In this document: one piece after another, positions 25,463-33,413 of the stretch
Layout of the letters: each line of letters begins with the position of its first letter
How positions within the stretch are numbered: the first letter of the stretch is position 1
From: a bacterium
GTDB lineage: Bacteria > Patescibacteriota > Minisyncoccia > UBA6257 > JAGOQP01
Reading direction: 5' to 3'
Assembly: GCA_021812345.1 (NCBI GenBank)
Contig: JAKANP010000004.1
Coordinates: 1-59,310, forward strand
DNA: 59,310 nucleotides
Position numbers and translations under genes: made by a program
The notes under the pieces: model-generated
Databases searched by the model: none
What the model was told of the DNA's origin: nothing
What the model saw: only the letters and a program-made list of their open reading frames with translations

Positions 25463-25948
25463 ATGTTTAGCTGGTTTTCTCAAAATTTTATTTGGATTCA
25501 GATCACCTCGATGATTATTTCGGCGGTATTGCTTGTTTTTATCATCAGATTGATGATTAAAATAGATTTTTTTGCGGAAAGAAGGCAATACGGAAGCGAG
25601 ATTAGACACCTGTCAGATTTAAGAAAAAGAAAATTGTCTCAATTATGGAAAAATGTTTTAAAAAGAATTGCTCAACCGGTCCCGTCTTTGTGGAAAGAAT
25701 CTGTTTTTGAAGTGGATGCTTTTTTTGACGATACGCTCAAAGCTTATGGATATCTTGGGTCAAACGAAGAAGAAAGAATGGATAAAGTGGATTCGGAAAA
25801 TATTTCAAATATAAAAAAAATATCAGAAATTCATTTGGAAATTATCAAATTAAAAGGCGATGACAATCTTCCGCTGGATAAGGAAAAAGCTAAAGAATAT
25901 TTAAGAGAATACAGAAAAGCATTCAGAGAACTTGGACTTTTGGATTAA
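25463..25948 (+). CDS. Hypothetical membrane-anchored protein
   Basis: 161 aa with one N-terminal TM (IQITSMIISAVLLVFIIRLMI) and a charged helical remainder. A terminator ATACACC-TCAAT-GGTGTAT plus T-run lies at ~25962-25985. Confidence 0.6.
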   Translation: MFSWFSQNFIWIQITSMIISAVLLVFIIRLMIKIDFFAERRQYGSEIRHLSDLRKRKLSQLWKNVLKRIAQPVPSLWKESVFEVDAFFDDTLKAYGYLGSNEEERMDKVDSENISNIKKISEIHLEIIKLKGDDNLPLDKEKAKEYLREYRKAFRELGLLD

Positions 25949-25991
25949 AATAAACTTAAAAATACACCTCAATGGTGTATTTTTATTTTAG

Positions 25992-26063
25992 TTGCGGGAG
26001 CTGGAATTGCACCAGCGATCTTCAGGTTATGGGCCTGACGAGATACTACTTCTCCATCCCGCG
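25992..26063 (-). tRNA. Atypical initiator-like tRNA (anticodon CAT)
   Basis: Minus strand: CGCGGGA-TG-GAGA-AGTAGTA-TCTC-G-TCAGG-CCCATAA-CCTGA-AGATC-GCTGG-TGCAATT-CCAGC-TCCCGCA-A. It has the C1:A72 mismatch and A11:T24 pair typical of bacterial initiator tRNA. Unusual features are C33, a D-loop without GG, and a T-loop TGC instead of TTC. Confidence 0.55.
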
Positions 26064-26113
26064 ATATTTATTTATTGAATCACTTTTTATTATATATGTA
26101 ATAAATTTGTTCA

Positions 26114-26168
26114 TGCGATCTTCCCGACTATAGTCGGGACGAGATACTACTTCTCCATCTCGCGATAT
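26114..26168 (-). pseudogene. Partial duplicate (5' half) of the adjacent CAT tRNA gene
   Basis: Acceptor 5' strand, D arm and position 26 (31 nt, 26138-26168, one mismatch versus 26037-26067) and the variable-region AGATCGC are retained. The anticodon arm is replaced by TCCCGAC-TATA-GTCGGGA, and there is no T arm or 3' acceptor. Confidence 0.7.
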
Positions 26169-26270
26169 ATCAGATATATTCGGAAAATTTAGTATAGATA
26201 TTTTTACACTCATTTCTGATGATGTCAAATTTTGCATAAAACAAATTAATGTGTTTATAATTTAAATACG

Positions 26271-27497
26271 ATGTTGGATATAAAATTTATCAGAGAAAAT
26301 ACGGAAGCGGTTAAAAAATCGGCCATTGGAAAAGGTTTCGATATAGATTTTTTAGACGAACTTTTACGCCTGGATAAAGAGCGAAGAGTTTTGCTAGGAG
26401 AAATAGAATCTCTTAATGCGGACCGTAAAAAAAATACGGACAAAGAAAAAGGCAAAGAAATTAAAGAGTTGTTAAATAAAAAAGAAGAAAAATTTAAATC
26501 AACTTCCGAAAGATATAACGATTTAATGTTGAGAGTTCCCAACTTGTCGGCAAGTGATGTTAAAGTTGGCTCTCCGGAGGAAAATGAAGTTGTAAAAACT
26601 GTCGGTAAAATTCCAAAATTTGATTTTACACCCAAAGATCATGTTGAGATCGGACAGCTTACCGATATTTTGGATATTGAGAGGGGAACTAAAGTGGCTC
26701 AATCCGGATTTTATTATATAAAAAACGACGGCGTTCTTTTGGAGCAATCACTCATTAATTTTGCCATCAAAAAATTATTATCCAAAGGATTTTCAATTTG
26801 GATAACTCCTAACGTAGCTAAGGAAAAAAACATTGTTGGTTGCGGATATCAGGCGCGAAGCGAGAAAGAGAGACAAATTTATCATATTGAAGGAGAGGAC
26901 TTGGATCTGATTGGAACCGCCGAGATAACTTTAGTGGGACTTCATACCGATGAAGTTATAGATGGAGAAAAATTGCCGATAAAATATGCCGGACTTTCTT
27001 CTTGTTATCGAACCGAAGCCGGAAGTTACGGCAAGGATGTGCGTGGCATTCTAAGGGTTCATGAATTCAGAAAAGTTGAAATGGTTGTTTTCTGTAAGCC
27101 GGAAGATGATCTAAAAATTCACAACGAACTTTTGGAAATAGAAGAAGAGTTGTGGAAGGAACTTGGCATTTCTTATCAAGTAATCAAGATGGCGTCAGGG
27201 GATTTGGGCAGTGCCGCCTCAAGAAAATATGATATTGAAGCGTGGATGCCTTCTCAAAATAAATATAGAGAAGTAACTAGCACTAGTAGCACGACTGATT
27301 TTCAAACTCGACGACTCAATATCAAAACTAAAATCAACGGACAAAATATTTTTCCGCATACGCTCAATGGTACGGTTTTTGCTTTAGGCAGAGCGATGAT
27401 AGCGATTATGGAAAATTATCAAAACGAAGGCGGTTCTTTTAAAGTTCCGGAGGTTTTAAAAAATTTTATCGGCAAAGATAAAATCGATATCAAATAA
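26271..27497 (+). CDS. serS: Seryl-tRNA synthetase
   Basis: N-terminal coiled-coil MLDIKFIRENTEAVKK...LDKERRVLLGEIESLNADRKK. Class II core with CYRTEAGSYGKDVRGILRVHEF and GTVFALGRAMIAIMEN. Confidence 0.92.
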   Translation: MLDIKFIRENTEAVKKSAIGKGFDIDFLDELLRLDKERRVLLGEIESLNADRKKNTDKEKGKEIKELLNKKEEKFKSTSERYNDLMLRVPNLSASDVKVGSPEENEVVKTVGKIPKFDFTPKDHVEIGQLTDILDIERGTKVAQSGFYYIKNDGVLLEQSLINFAIKKLLSKGFSIWITPNVAKEKNIVGCGYQARSEKERQIYHIEGEDLDLIGTAEITLVGLHTDEVIDGEKLPIKYAGLSSCYRTEAGSYGKDVRGILRVHEFRKVEMVVFCKPEDDLKIHNELLEIEEELWKELGISYQVIKMASGDLGSAASRKYDIEAWMPSQNKYREVTSTSSTTDFQTRRLNIKTKINGQNIFPHTLNGTVFALGRAMIAIMENYQNEGGSFKVPEVLKNFIGKDKIDIK

Positions 27498-27553
27498 TTT
27501 TTTTGGGGACTTTATTTTTTGTTTTTTATCGTTTATATTTTATTTTGAGTTAA

Positions 27554-27627
27554 GGCAGGGTAGCTCAGCTGGTTAGAGCGGGCGTTTCATAAGCGCCAGG
27601 TCGCGGGTTCGAGTCCCGCCCCTGCTA
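27554..27627 (+). tRNA. tRNA with anticodon CAT (elongator Met or Ile2/lysidine type; not distinguishable by eye)
   Basis: Acceptor GGCAGGG/CCCTGCT (G1-T72); D arm GCTC-AGCTGGTTA-GAGC; anticodon arm GGCGT-TTCATAA-GCGCC; T arm GCGGG-TTCGAGT-CCCGC. Confidence 0.88.
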
Positions 27628-27653
27628 CGGAAATATATTTACCAATACGATAA

Positions 27654-28100
27654 ATGAAAAAATTGTCTTCAAAAGAAAAAGACATATTGCGTCAAAATAT
27701 CGTCGATTTTGCAAAAAAATTTGTCGGAGTGCCGTATAAATACGGCGCTACTTTAAAAGACGCTCCGCAGGCTTTTGATTGCTCGGGTTTTATCCAATAT
27801 GTCTATAAAAATTTTGGATATGAAATTCCGAGGAGTACTATCCTGCAAGCTGAATTTATAAAAAAAACAGTTGCCGGTATTGGTTATATTATAATAGGTG
27901 ATTTAATTTATATGCATGGCGAAAGAGGATATTATACAAAAAAATTTCCACAAGGAATCGGCCATGTAGTTTTGTATATAGGAGACGGTAAGGTTATTCA
28001 CGCCGGAGGTAAAGGCAAGAGCGCGGGAGTAAAAATTGATAAAATAAAAAATGTGATAACAAGAAGTGGGCCGTTAGTTGTTATAAAAAGGATTATTTAG
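27654..28100 (+). CDS. NlpC/P60 (C40) family cell-wall peptidase
   Basis: Catalytic Cys context FDCSGFIQYVYKNFG, and His context GHVVLYIGDGKVIHA. No signal peptide is visible. Confidence 0.85.
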   Translation: MKKLSSKEKDILRQNIVDFAKKFVGVPYKYGATLKDAPQAFDCSGFIQYVYKNFGYEIPRSTILQAEFIKKTVAGIGYIIIGDLIYMHGERGYYTKKFPQGIGHVVLYIGDGKVIHAGGKGKSAGVKIDKIKNVITRSGPLVVIKRII

Positions 28101-28104
28101 GTTT

Positions 28105-28764
28105 ATGCCTATTTATAAATACGTAAATGCGGATTTTTTTAAAAAGTGGAGTTTTGATATGGCTTATGTCCTGGGATTTTTTACAGCTGATGGAAATATG
28201 ATAAGAAATAAGCGAGGAGCATATTTTATTGAATTTACCAGTACCGATAAGGATATTATATATAAAATCCACAAAGTTATGCGATCAGATCATAAGATTT
28301 CATCAAGGCAAAGAACAGAAAAAACGGAATATCGTTTTCAATTAGGCAGTAAAAATATGTTTAAGGATTTAATCAAGCTCGGACTCACTCCAAATAAAAG
28401 CAAGACGATTAAATTACCCAGTATTCCGATAAAGTATCTCCCAGATTTTGTAAGAGGGTATTTTGATGGAGATGGGAATGTCACGTTCGGATATTTTAAA
28501 AGGAAAGGGAAAGTTCGTCACTCTCCAATTATAATGGTAAGATTCACATCTGGAAGTAAAGATTTTATTTATCAATTGAAAAATAAGTTGTCCAGTATAA
28601 TAAAAGTATGCGGATGCATTTCTCATTCAAGCGGTGCTTATAGATTGTCATATGCCAAGCATGAGTCGTATAAATTGTTTGCATTTATGTATCGCAATAA
28701 TTATGAGGGGTTGATTTATCTCAATAGAAAATATAGAATCTTTAAAAATGCGGGCGTAGCTTAG
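28105..28764 (+). CDS. Free-standing LAGLIDADG homing endonuclease (two-motif, monomeric type)
   Basis: Two LAGLIDADG motifs: YVLGFFTADGNM and FVRGYFDGDGNV. The last 15 nt of the ORF overlap the 5' end of tRNA-Asp. Confidence 0.85.
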   Translation: MPIYKYVNADFFKKWSFDMAYVLGFFTADGNMIRNKRGAYFIEFTSTDKDIIYKIHKVMRSDHKISSRQRTEKTEYRFQLGSKNMFKDLIKLGLTPNKSKTIKLPSIPIKYLPDFVRGYFDGDGNVTFGYFKRKGKVRHSPIIMVRFTSGSKDFIYQLKNKLSSIIKVCGCISHSSGAYRLSYAKHESYKLFAFMYRNNYEGLIYLNRKYRIFKNAGVA

Positions 28765-28823
28765 TTGGTTAGAGCGCTGCCCTGTCACGGCAGAGGTCGC
28801 CGGTTCAACTCCGGTCGCCCGCG
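28750..28823 (+). tRNA. tRNA-Asp (GTC)
   Basis: Acceptor GCGGGCG/CGCCCGC; anticodon arm CTGCC-CTGTCAC-GGCAG; T arm GCCGG-TTCAACT-CCGGT. Confidence 0.92.
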
Positions 28824-28888
28824 CAAGATAAAAACCGTTATGAACGGTTTTTGATATAAAAAATCAAGTATTTATGCGGTGTTTATAG

Positions 28889-28917
28889 TTGACAAAAATA
28901 TGTAAAACTGATATAAT
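28889..28917 (+). promoter_or_regulatory. Consensus sigma-70 promoter
   Basis: TTGACA (28889-28894), a 17-nt spacer, then TATAAT (28912-28917). Both hexamers match consensus perfectly. It lies ~80 nt upstream of the GC-rich CDS. Confidence 0.7.
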
Positions 28918-28998
28918 ATGTTTGGAACATTGAGAAACTAACTACTTAAAACAAAAATACAACAATCCGCCAAAAGGCGGAAGAAAGGTGGAAGTAAA

Positions 28999-30111
28999 AT
29001 GAAAAAGAATCTGTTTGTTTTGGTGATGGTGGTGGTAGCATTTCTGGCGGTCACGGCCAACGTGACGATGGCACAGACGACTTCGGTCGATCCGCTGGGC
29101 AACACCTGGACTCGGGCGAATTTCGGTTCGCCTGAGGCCAACTACTGGGTTGACCAGTTGGGGTTTGCGGATGTGGCGGCGGTTCAGGATGCCCTGAACC
29201 ACTACTACACGCAGTGCCCGCCGGGGACTTCCGAACGGTGGGGCGACGGGTGGCTCTCCAAGTTCGTCGCGAACTTGCTGGCCATCCGGGGTTGGAACTG
29301 TTGGTCGCAGCTCGACCAGCAGCAACAGTCGCAACTCGTTGACGTGCTTTCAGACGCCGTTAACGAGAATACGTTTCGGATTGATTCGACCTGCGGGCTT
29401 GACCCGTGGAACAGCTGCAGTGAGGACTTCGTGTCCATGCTGTCGCTGGTTTCGCGGGTAAAGAATTTTTACCCGCAGGTCGTCGAGAAGGTTGGGGCCA
29501 ACTACCTCAATAACCTCGAACAGAAGTACCTGCACCTCGTGTTCACCACCGATAACGGGTATTACTCTTTGGTGCGTGAGCAGACGCTGGATGGTGTGCA
29601 TATTCTTATGCACAACCATGGCGAACAGTCGGCTGTGTACTCCGGAGCTCTGTTGATGTATACCAACCTGGCCATCGAGTCCTACTCGTTGGCCGGTAAC
29701 CGCGTTCCGCTCTACTTTGCCTCAAACGAAGTGGTGTCCAATGTCCGCGATATGTTTTCGTGGATGCAGACACTCTCCACCACCGACGGAACGGCGTTCT
29801 TGGCTAACTGCATGAACTACCAAGGTAACTTGGTCTCATGCGGTGACGTGAATGTCACCAACGCCATCCCGCAGGTAATTACTCCGGGGAGATTCATTCA
29901 CAATCTCTTCGGAGACGGTGGTTTTACTCCGGGGATGTATGAGTATCGTTTGTTCGATACCTCATACACTGCCGGAAATGTTTGGAACCGCGGTCGTCAG
30001 GCAGATTGGAACTCGGACAACAACGAGTTCACAATCTCATGGCAGCCACGTGTTCCGGAAAAGCACCTGAAAGCCACTAAGCTTCCAATCACGACAACGA
30101 TTGTTAAGTAG
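28999..30111 (+). CDS. Secreted hypothetical protein encoded by a compositionally foreign (GC-rich) gene
   Basis: Signal peptide MKKNLFVLVMVVVAFLAVTANVTMA and RBS AAAGGTGG. The body of the gene is visibly far more G+C-rich than everything around it, and long antisense ORFs appear only here. No family was recognised. Confidence 0.75.
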   Translation: MKKNLFVLVMVVVAFLAVTANVTMAQTTSVDPLGNTWTRANFGSPEANYWVDQLGFADVAAVQDALNHYYTQCPPGTSERWGDGWLSKFVANLLAIRGWNCWSQLDQQQQSQLVDVLSDAVNENTFRIDSTCGLDPWNSCSEDFVSMLSLVSRVKNFYPQVVEKVGANYLNNLEQKYLHLVFTTDNGYYSLVREQTLDGVHILMHNHGEQSAVYSGALLMYTNLAIESYSLAGNRVPLYFASNEVVSNVRDMFSWMQTLSTTDGTAFLANCMNYQGNLVSCGDVNVTNAIPQVITPGRFIHNLFGDGGFTPGMYEYRLFDTSYTAGNVWNRGRQADWNSDNNEFTISWQPRVPEKHLKATKLPITTTIVK

Positions 30112-30132
30112 CGATTAACTTTTGAACACTCA

Positions 30133-30163
30133 GCCCCGAGATTTTCTCTCGGGGCTTATTTTT
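30133..30163 (+). terminator. Intrinsic terminator
   Basis: GCCCCGAGA-TTTTC-TCTCGGGGC followed by TTATTTTT. Confidence 0.8.
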
Positions 30164-30240
30164 ACAAAAAATAATTTTTAAAATATTCAATTAAATTTTT
30201 ATGTTTTTTTAATTTTTAGCGGTATTTCTATGCGTATATC

Positions 30241-30269
30241 TTGCTATTGAGATATTTTTGTGTTATAAC
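30241..30269 (+). promoter_or_regulatory. Promoter TTGCTA-17 nt-TATAAC (extended -10 TGt)
   Basis: TTGCTA at 30241-30246 and TATAAC at 30264-30269. The whole upstream region is paralogous to 31675-31740. Confidence 0.55.
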
Positions 30270-30307
30270 ATTTTTAGCAATTTAAAAAAAGAAAGGGGAA
30301 AAAAGAA

Positions 30308-31618
30308 ATGAAGAAAGGAACGTTTTCTTATTTTTTTGTCGGAATGTTTTTTGCGGTAGCATCTTTATTTGTTATTTCTCAAAATTCTTTTGGCACTGAC
30401 TTGAATCAACATATTATCAGGCGTCACATTTCCGTTATTCCACAAAGAGCAGATTGTCCGTTTCCATGGTGCGATAGCGGAGTAAAGATTTATGATGCCG
30501 TTGCTCCCGATAATCCCAACTTGTATTTGGGAAGTTTGATTTCTTTTGAGAAGCCAAGCAATTGGAAAAATTATCCTCCGCTTGCCGGCAAGGTTGCAGA
30601 ATTGACAAACGGTCTTATCTCCCAAAGAGATAAAATTATTGCAATTGCCAATTGGGTAAAAACTTCAAAGAATTATGCTTATCCGAATTTCAATCCGTGG
30701 CCTCCGACGATTGAAGATGTTTACAATTCTCCAATCGGAGTTTGCAATGAAGCGGCATTTTTGGTTTCGGCAATGCTTCGCGAAGCGGGGATTCCGGCGA
30801 TGCCGATTTCTACGATAAACAGATTACATGAAGTTTCCCGAGTTTGGGACGGTGATGAAAATCATTGGATTATCGTCGATGCGACTTTTGGTGGCGCCAG
30901 TGCCGGTCCGGCGATTATTTATGAGTGGGACGATTACTCTCTGGTGGCGGGGTTTCAGGAGCGCCCGATTCAAACATGGAACAATGTTCCTATCCCTCAA
31001 AGCGTTGGAGGCGGGAAAGTAAATACTCTTGTAAATACTCAACAGGAATTTATCAGCGAACCGCAAAAGTTGGCTCGCATTGGACTAGGGTATGTCAATT
31101 TTATTTTTCCGGTAACAAACAGATTTTTGTATTATGATCCTGTAGCAAAAACACTCTCTTACACGGGAGACTCGTCCCAGAGAGTGGCGATTGATTACAG
31201 GATTGATTCCGATGATGACCTCTGTCTGAATAATAGGCAATCGTGGTATTCAAATAATCTCGGATTTATTTTTGTCGGTCCGATTCTCAGAATGATTGAT
31301 GCTCAATATGGCTCCGGAATTTTCACAAGTTGGGGAAATGGTTATGTAAAAACCATTTTGCCAAGTTGCGGAAACTGGAGAATCAGTTATTACTTTACGA
31401 ATTTGGATTTAAACACAAATGCTTCGGGAGATAGCCAAAAATTGGCGACAGCTTACGCTCCTTTTTTGAATATCGGTGATACGGCAATCATTTCTCCGGA
31501 CATGCTTCAGATGGAGCCCGGAGCCGACCCGTATTATTTTAATATGTTGGTTAGCGTATTAAAGAAATTGCCAAACTATAATCAGCTCGTAAATAACGAA
31601 TTGATTTTTTCTAACTAA
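30308..31618 (+). CDS. Secreted transglutaminase-like cysteine protease superfamily protein
   Basis: Signal peptide/TM FFVGMFFAVASLFVISQNSFG. The core Cys is in SPIGVCNEAAFLVSAMLREAGIPA, followed by LHEVSRVW (His) and IIVDATFG (Asp), the usual C-H-D spacing of transglutaminase-like domains. Confidence 0.7.
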   Translation: MKKGTFSYFFVGMFFAVASLFVISQNSFGTDLNQHIIRRHISVIPQRADCPFPWCDSGVKIYDAVAPDNPNLYLGSLISFEKPSNWKNYPPLAGKVAELTNGLISQRDKIIAIANWVKTSKNYAYPNFNPWPPTIEDVYNSPIGVCNEAAFLVSAMLREAGIPAMPISTINRLHEVSRVWDGDENHWIIVDATFGGASAGPAIIYEWDDYSLVAGFQERPIQTWNNVPIPQSVGGGKVNTLVNTQQEFISEPQKLARIGLGYVNFIFPVTNRFLYYDPVAKTLSYTGDSSQRVAIDYRIDSDDDLCLNNRQSWYSNNLGFIFVGPILRMIDAQYGSGIFTSWGNGYVKTILPSCGNWRISYYFTNLDLNTNASGDSQKLATAYAPFLNIGDTAIISPDMLQMEPGADPYYFNMLVSVLKKLPNYNQLVNNELIFSN

Positions 31619-31674
31619 AAAAACTATCATTGTCCCGTCTTAAAAAGGCGGGATTTTTTGTTTTTTAAGGCCTA

Positions 31675-31703
31675 TTGCTATTTAGGTGATTTTGTTTTAT
31701 AAC
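31675..31703 (+). promoter_or_regulatory. Promoter TTGCTA-17 nt-TATAAC
   Basis: TTGCTA at 31675-31680 and TATAAC at 31698-31703. Leader length and RBS (GAAAGGGGAAAAG) match the 30241-30307 region. Confidence 0.55.
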
Positions 31704-31740
31704 TTTAATCAGTAATTTCACAAAGAAAGGGGAAAAGACA

Positions 31741-33261
31741 ATGAGAAAGTTGGTGAAGATTTTTTCTTGGATTGTTTTCATTTTTTTGTCGCTTACGGCA
31801 AGCAATTCTTTTGCTGTTTTCTGTCCGCCGGTTGCGGGAGATAATACCGGTAATTTGAACCAATGTATCGCTCAAGCGGCTTTATCCGACAGAATTGTTA
31901 TTTTGGGAGATTCTTGTTTGGTTGATACATCCGGAAGTGTTGTTCTTTTGAAAAGCGATTATCCGATCTCGGGGCAAGTCATTGTTCCAAGAGGAGGCAT
32001 ATCATTGATTGGCTCAAGAGCTTTTTCGGGAACTCAGATTGATATTAATTTTGGAAAAAATTATTCCAACACCGATAGTTCCAATGCGGCCTTTGTTCTG
32101 ATGGACGGAGCTGTTATCGACGGACTCACCTTTAATTATCCGGACCAAGTAAAAGGCAAGCAACTTTATGAATTTCCCCCGACAATTTCCGTTCAAGGAA
32201 GTTTCTGCCGGGTGAAAAACAGTTTCTTCCCGAATTCTTATGTAGGGATTGATGCAACGGTTCCTCACGGGAAACTTAACATGCAGAATCTTGAGTTCGG
32301 GGTTTATTATAGAGGGATTAGAGATGATCAGTGTTATGACATCGATAAGTTTGATGTCATTCACGCCAATCCCGGAATGTTTGCCACGTGGGTGGATGAT
32401 AGCGATGTGGCAAATTGGATGTATAACAACAGTGCGGCAATCGAAGTCTCACGGATTGATTGGTTTTATCTCAATCAATTTTTTGCTTTCGGCCCCAAGT
32501 ATGGAATTTTGATTAATTCTTCCAGCCACGGTTCCGTTGGCGAAGCGCAAATCATTCAAGCCGGATGTGATGCCTGTCGTTATGGAATTTATTCCAACAC
32601 TTCAGGTTCTTATCCTTGGCTTTTGACTATCAGTAATTGGTCGGGAACTGCATTTAATCCGAACAACAAGAATGATGGAGGAAACAGTATTTATCTTGTT
32701 AACGTCAGTGGAGTTAATATTTCCAATTCTAATTTTTGGGGAGTTAAGAATGACGGTATTTATCTTCAAAATTGCTCCTCAATTTCTGTTTCCGGAAATA
32801 ATTTTATTACCAACGGATGGAATACTGCCAACAATTATTCAGCAGCCATTCATTTGGTAAATTGTTCCAACGGAAGCGTTATCGGAAATAACGGAGTTGC
32901 TTCCAATAACGGAATTGGCATCAATTTGGAAAACAGCCAAGACATTTCCATTATGGGAAACAGATTTAAGACGCAATCCGATTCAATCAGAATTACCGGA
33001 ACAGCGTCCGGGATTATCACTGTTGCCAATGGCGGATGCGTTGATGATTTGTCGGGCAACGATCCATCAAATAAAATTGATAACCCATGTTATTCGGCTT
33101 CGGTGTTTACTCCGACTCCGATTATCGTCTCCACTCCGACTCCAACCGCAACTCCAACTCCAACTCCAACTTCAACTCCGGTTGCGACCCCGACTCCTAC
33201 TTCAATCGTGCCGACCCCACCGCCGACCCATCCCAAAAAGCCCGGAGTTCCGCTTTCTTAG
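31741..33261 (+). CDS. Secreted right-handed parallel beta-helix (pectate-lyase-fold) protein with a Pro/Thr-rich C-terminal tail
   Basis: Signal peptide IFSWIVFIFLSLTASNSFA. PbH1-like repeats are NSIYLVNVSGVNISNSNFWG / DGIYLQNCSSISVSGNNF / AAIHLVNCSNGSVIGNN / IGINLENSQDISIMGNRF. The C-terminus is TPTPIIVSTPTPTATPTPTPTSTPVATPTPTS.... Confidence 0.75.
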   Translation: MRKLVKIFSWIVFIFLSLTASNSFAVFCPPVAGDNTGNLNQCIAQAALSDRIVILGDSCLVDTSGSVVLLKSDYPISGQVIVPRGGISLIGSRAFSGTQIDINFGKNYSNTDSSNAAFVLMDGAVIDGLTFNYPDQVKGKQLYEFPPTISVQGSFCRVKNSFFPNSYVGIDATVPHGKLNMQNLEFGVYYRGIRDDQCYDIDKFDVIHANPGMFATWVDDSDVANWMYNNSAAIEVSRIDWFYLNQFFAFGPKYGILINSSSHGSVGEAQIIQAGCDACRYGIYSNTSGSYPWLLTISNWSGTAFNPNNKNDGGNSIYLVNVSGVNISNSNFWGVKNDGIYLQNCSSISVSGNNFITNGWNTANNYSAAIHLVNCSNGSVIGNNGVASNNGIGINLENSQDISIMGNRFKTQSDSIRITGTASGIITVANGGCVDDLSGNDPSNKIDNPCYSASVFTPTPIIVSTPTPTATPTPTPTSTPVATPTPTSIVPTPPPTHPKKPGVPLS

Positions 33262-33270
33262 TTTTTATTT

Positions 33271-33298
33271 ACCCCGCTAAAAATAGCGGGGTTTTTCT
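33271..33298 (+). terminator. Intrinsic terminator
   Basis: ACCCCGCT-AAAAAT-AGCGGGGT followed by TTTTT. Confidence 0.8.
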
Positions 33299-33413
33299 AT
33301 TCCAGAAAGCCATCCTCTTCAAGGCGGGGAGGAGGCCATTAATTAGTTATCCACTTTTTAATATTTTTTTTAAAAAATATGATATAATTAAATTAAATTA
33401 TTTTATATAAAAA

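Noticed and set aside
26046-26635. Minus-strand ORFs of 63 and 126 aa over the tRNA duplicate region and the serS 5' end
   Set aside because: The first is built from tRNA-derived sequence and AT-rich spacer. The second is antisense to the well-supported serS gene and is Ser/Leu-rich.
28942-29619. Three long minus-strand ORFs (130, 77 and 89 aa) antisense to the GC-rich gene
   Set aside because: They occur only where G+C is high, so stop codons are rare in all frames. They are Arg/Pro/Val-rich, lack RBSs, and overlap a + strand ORF with a signal peptide, RBS, promoter and terminator.
32897-33410. Alternative-frame + strand ORFs (127 and 107 aa) over the end of the beta-helix gene
   Set aside because: They are read-through frames of the ACTCCA-type Pro/Thr-linker repeats (LRLQPQLQLQ... 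/ SDSNRNSNSNSN...). One continues across the terminator hairpin, so they are not credible genes.
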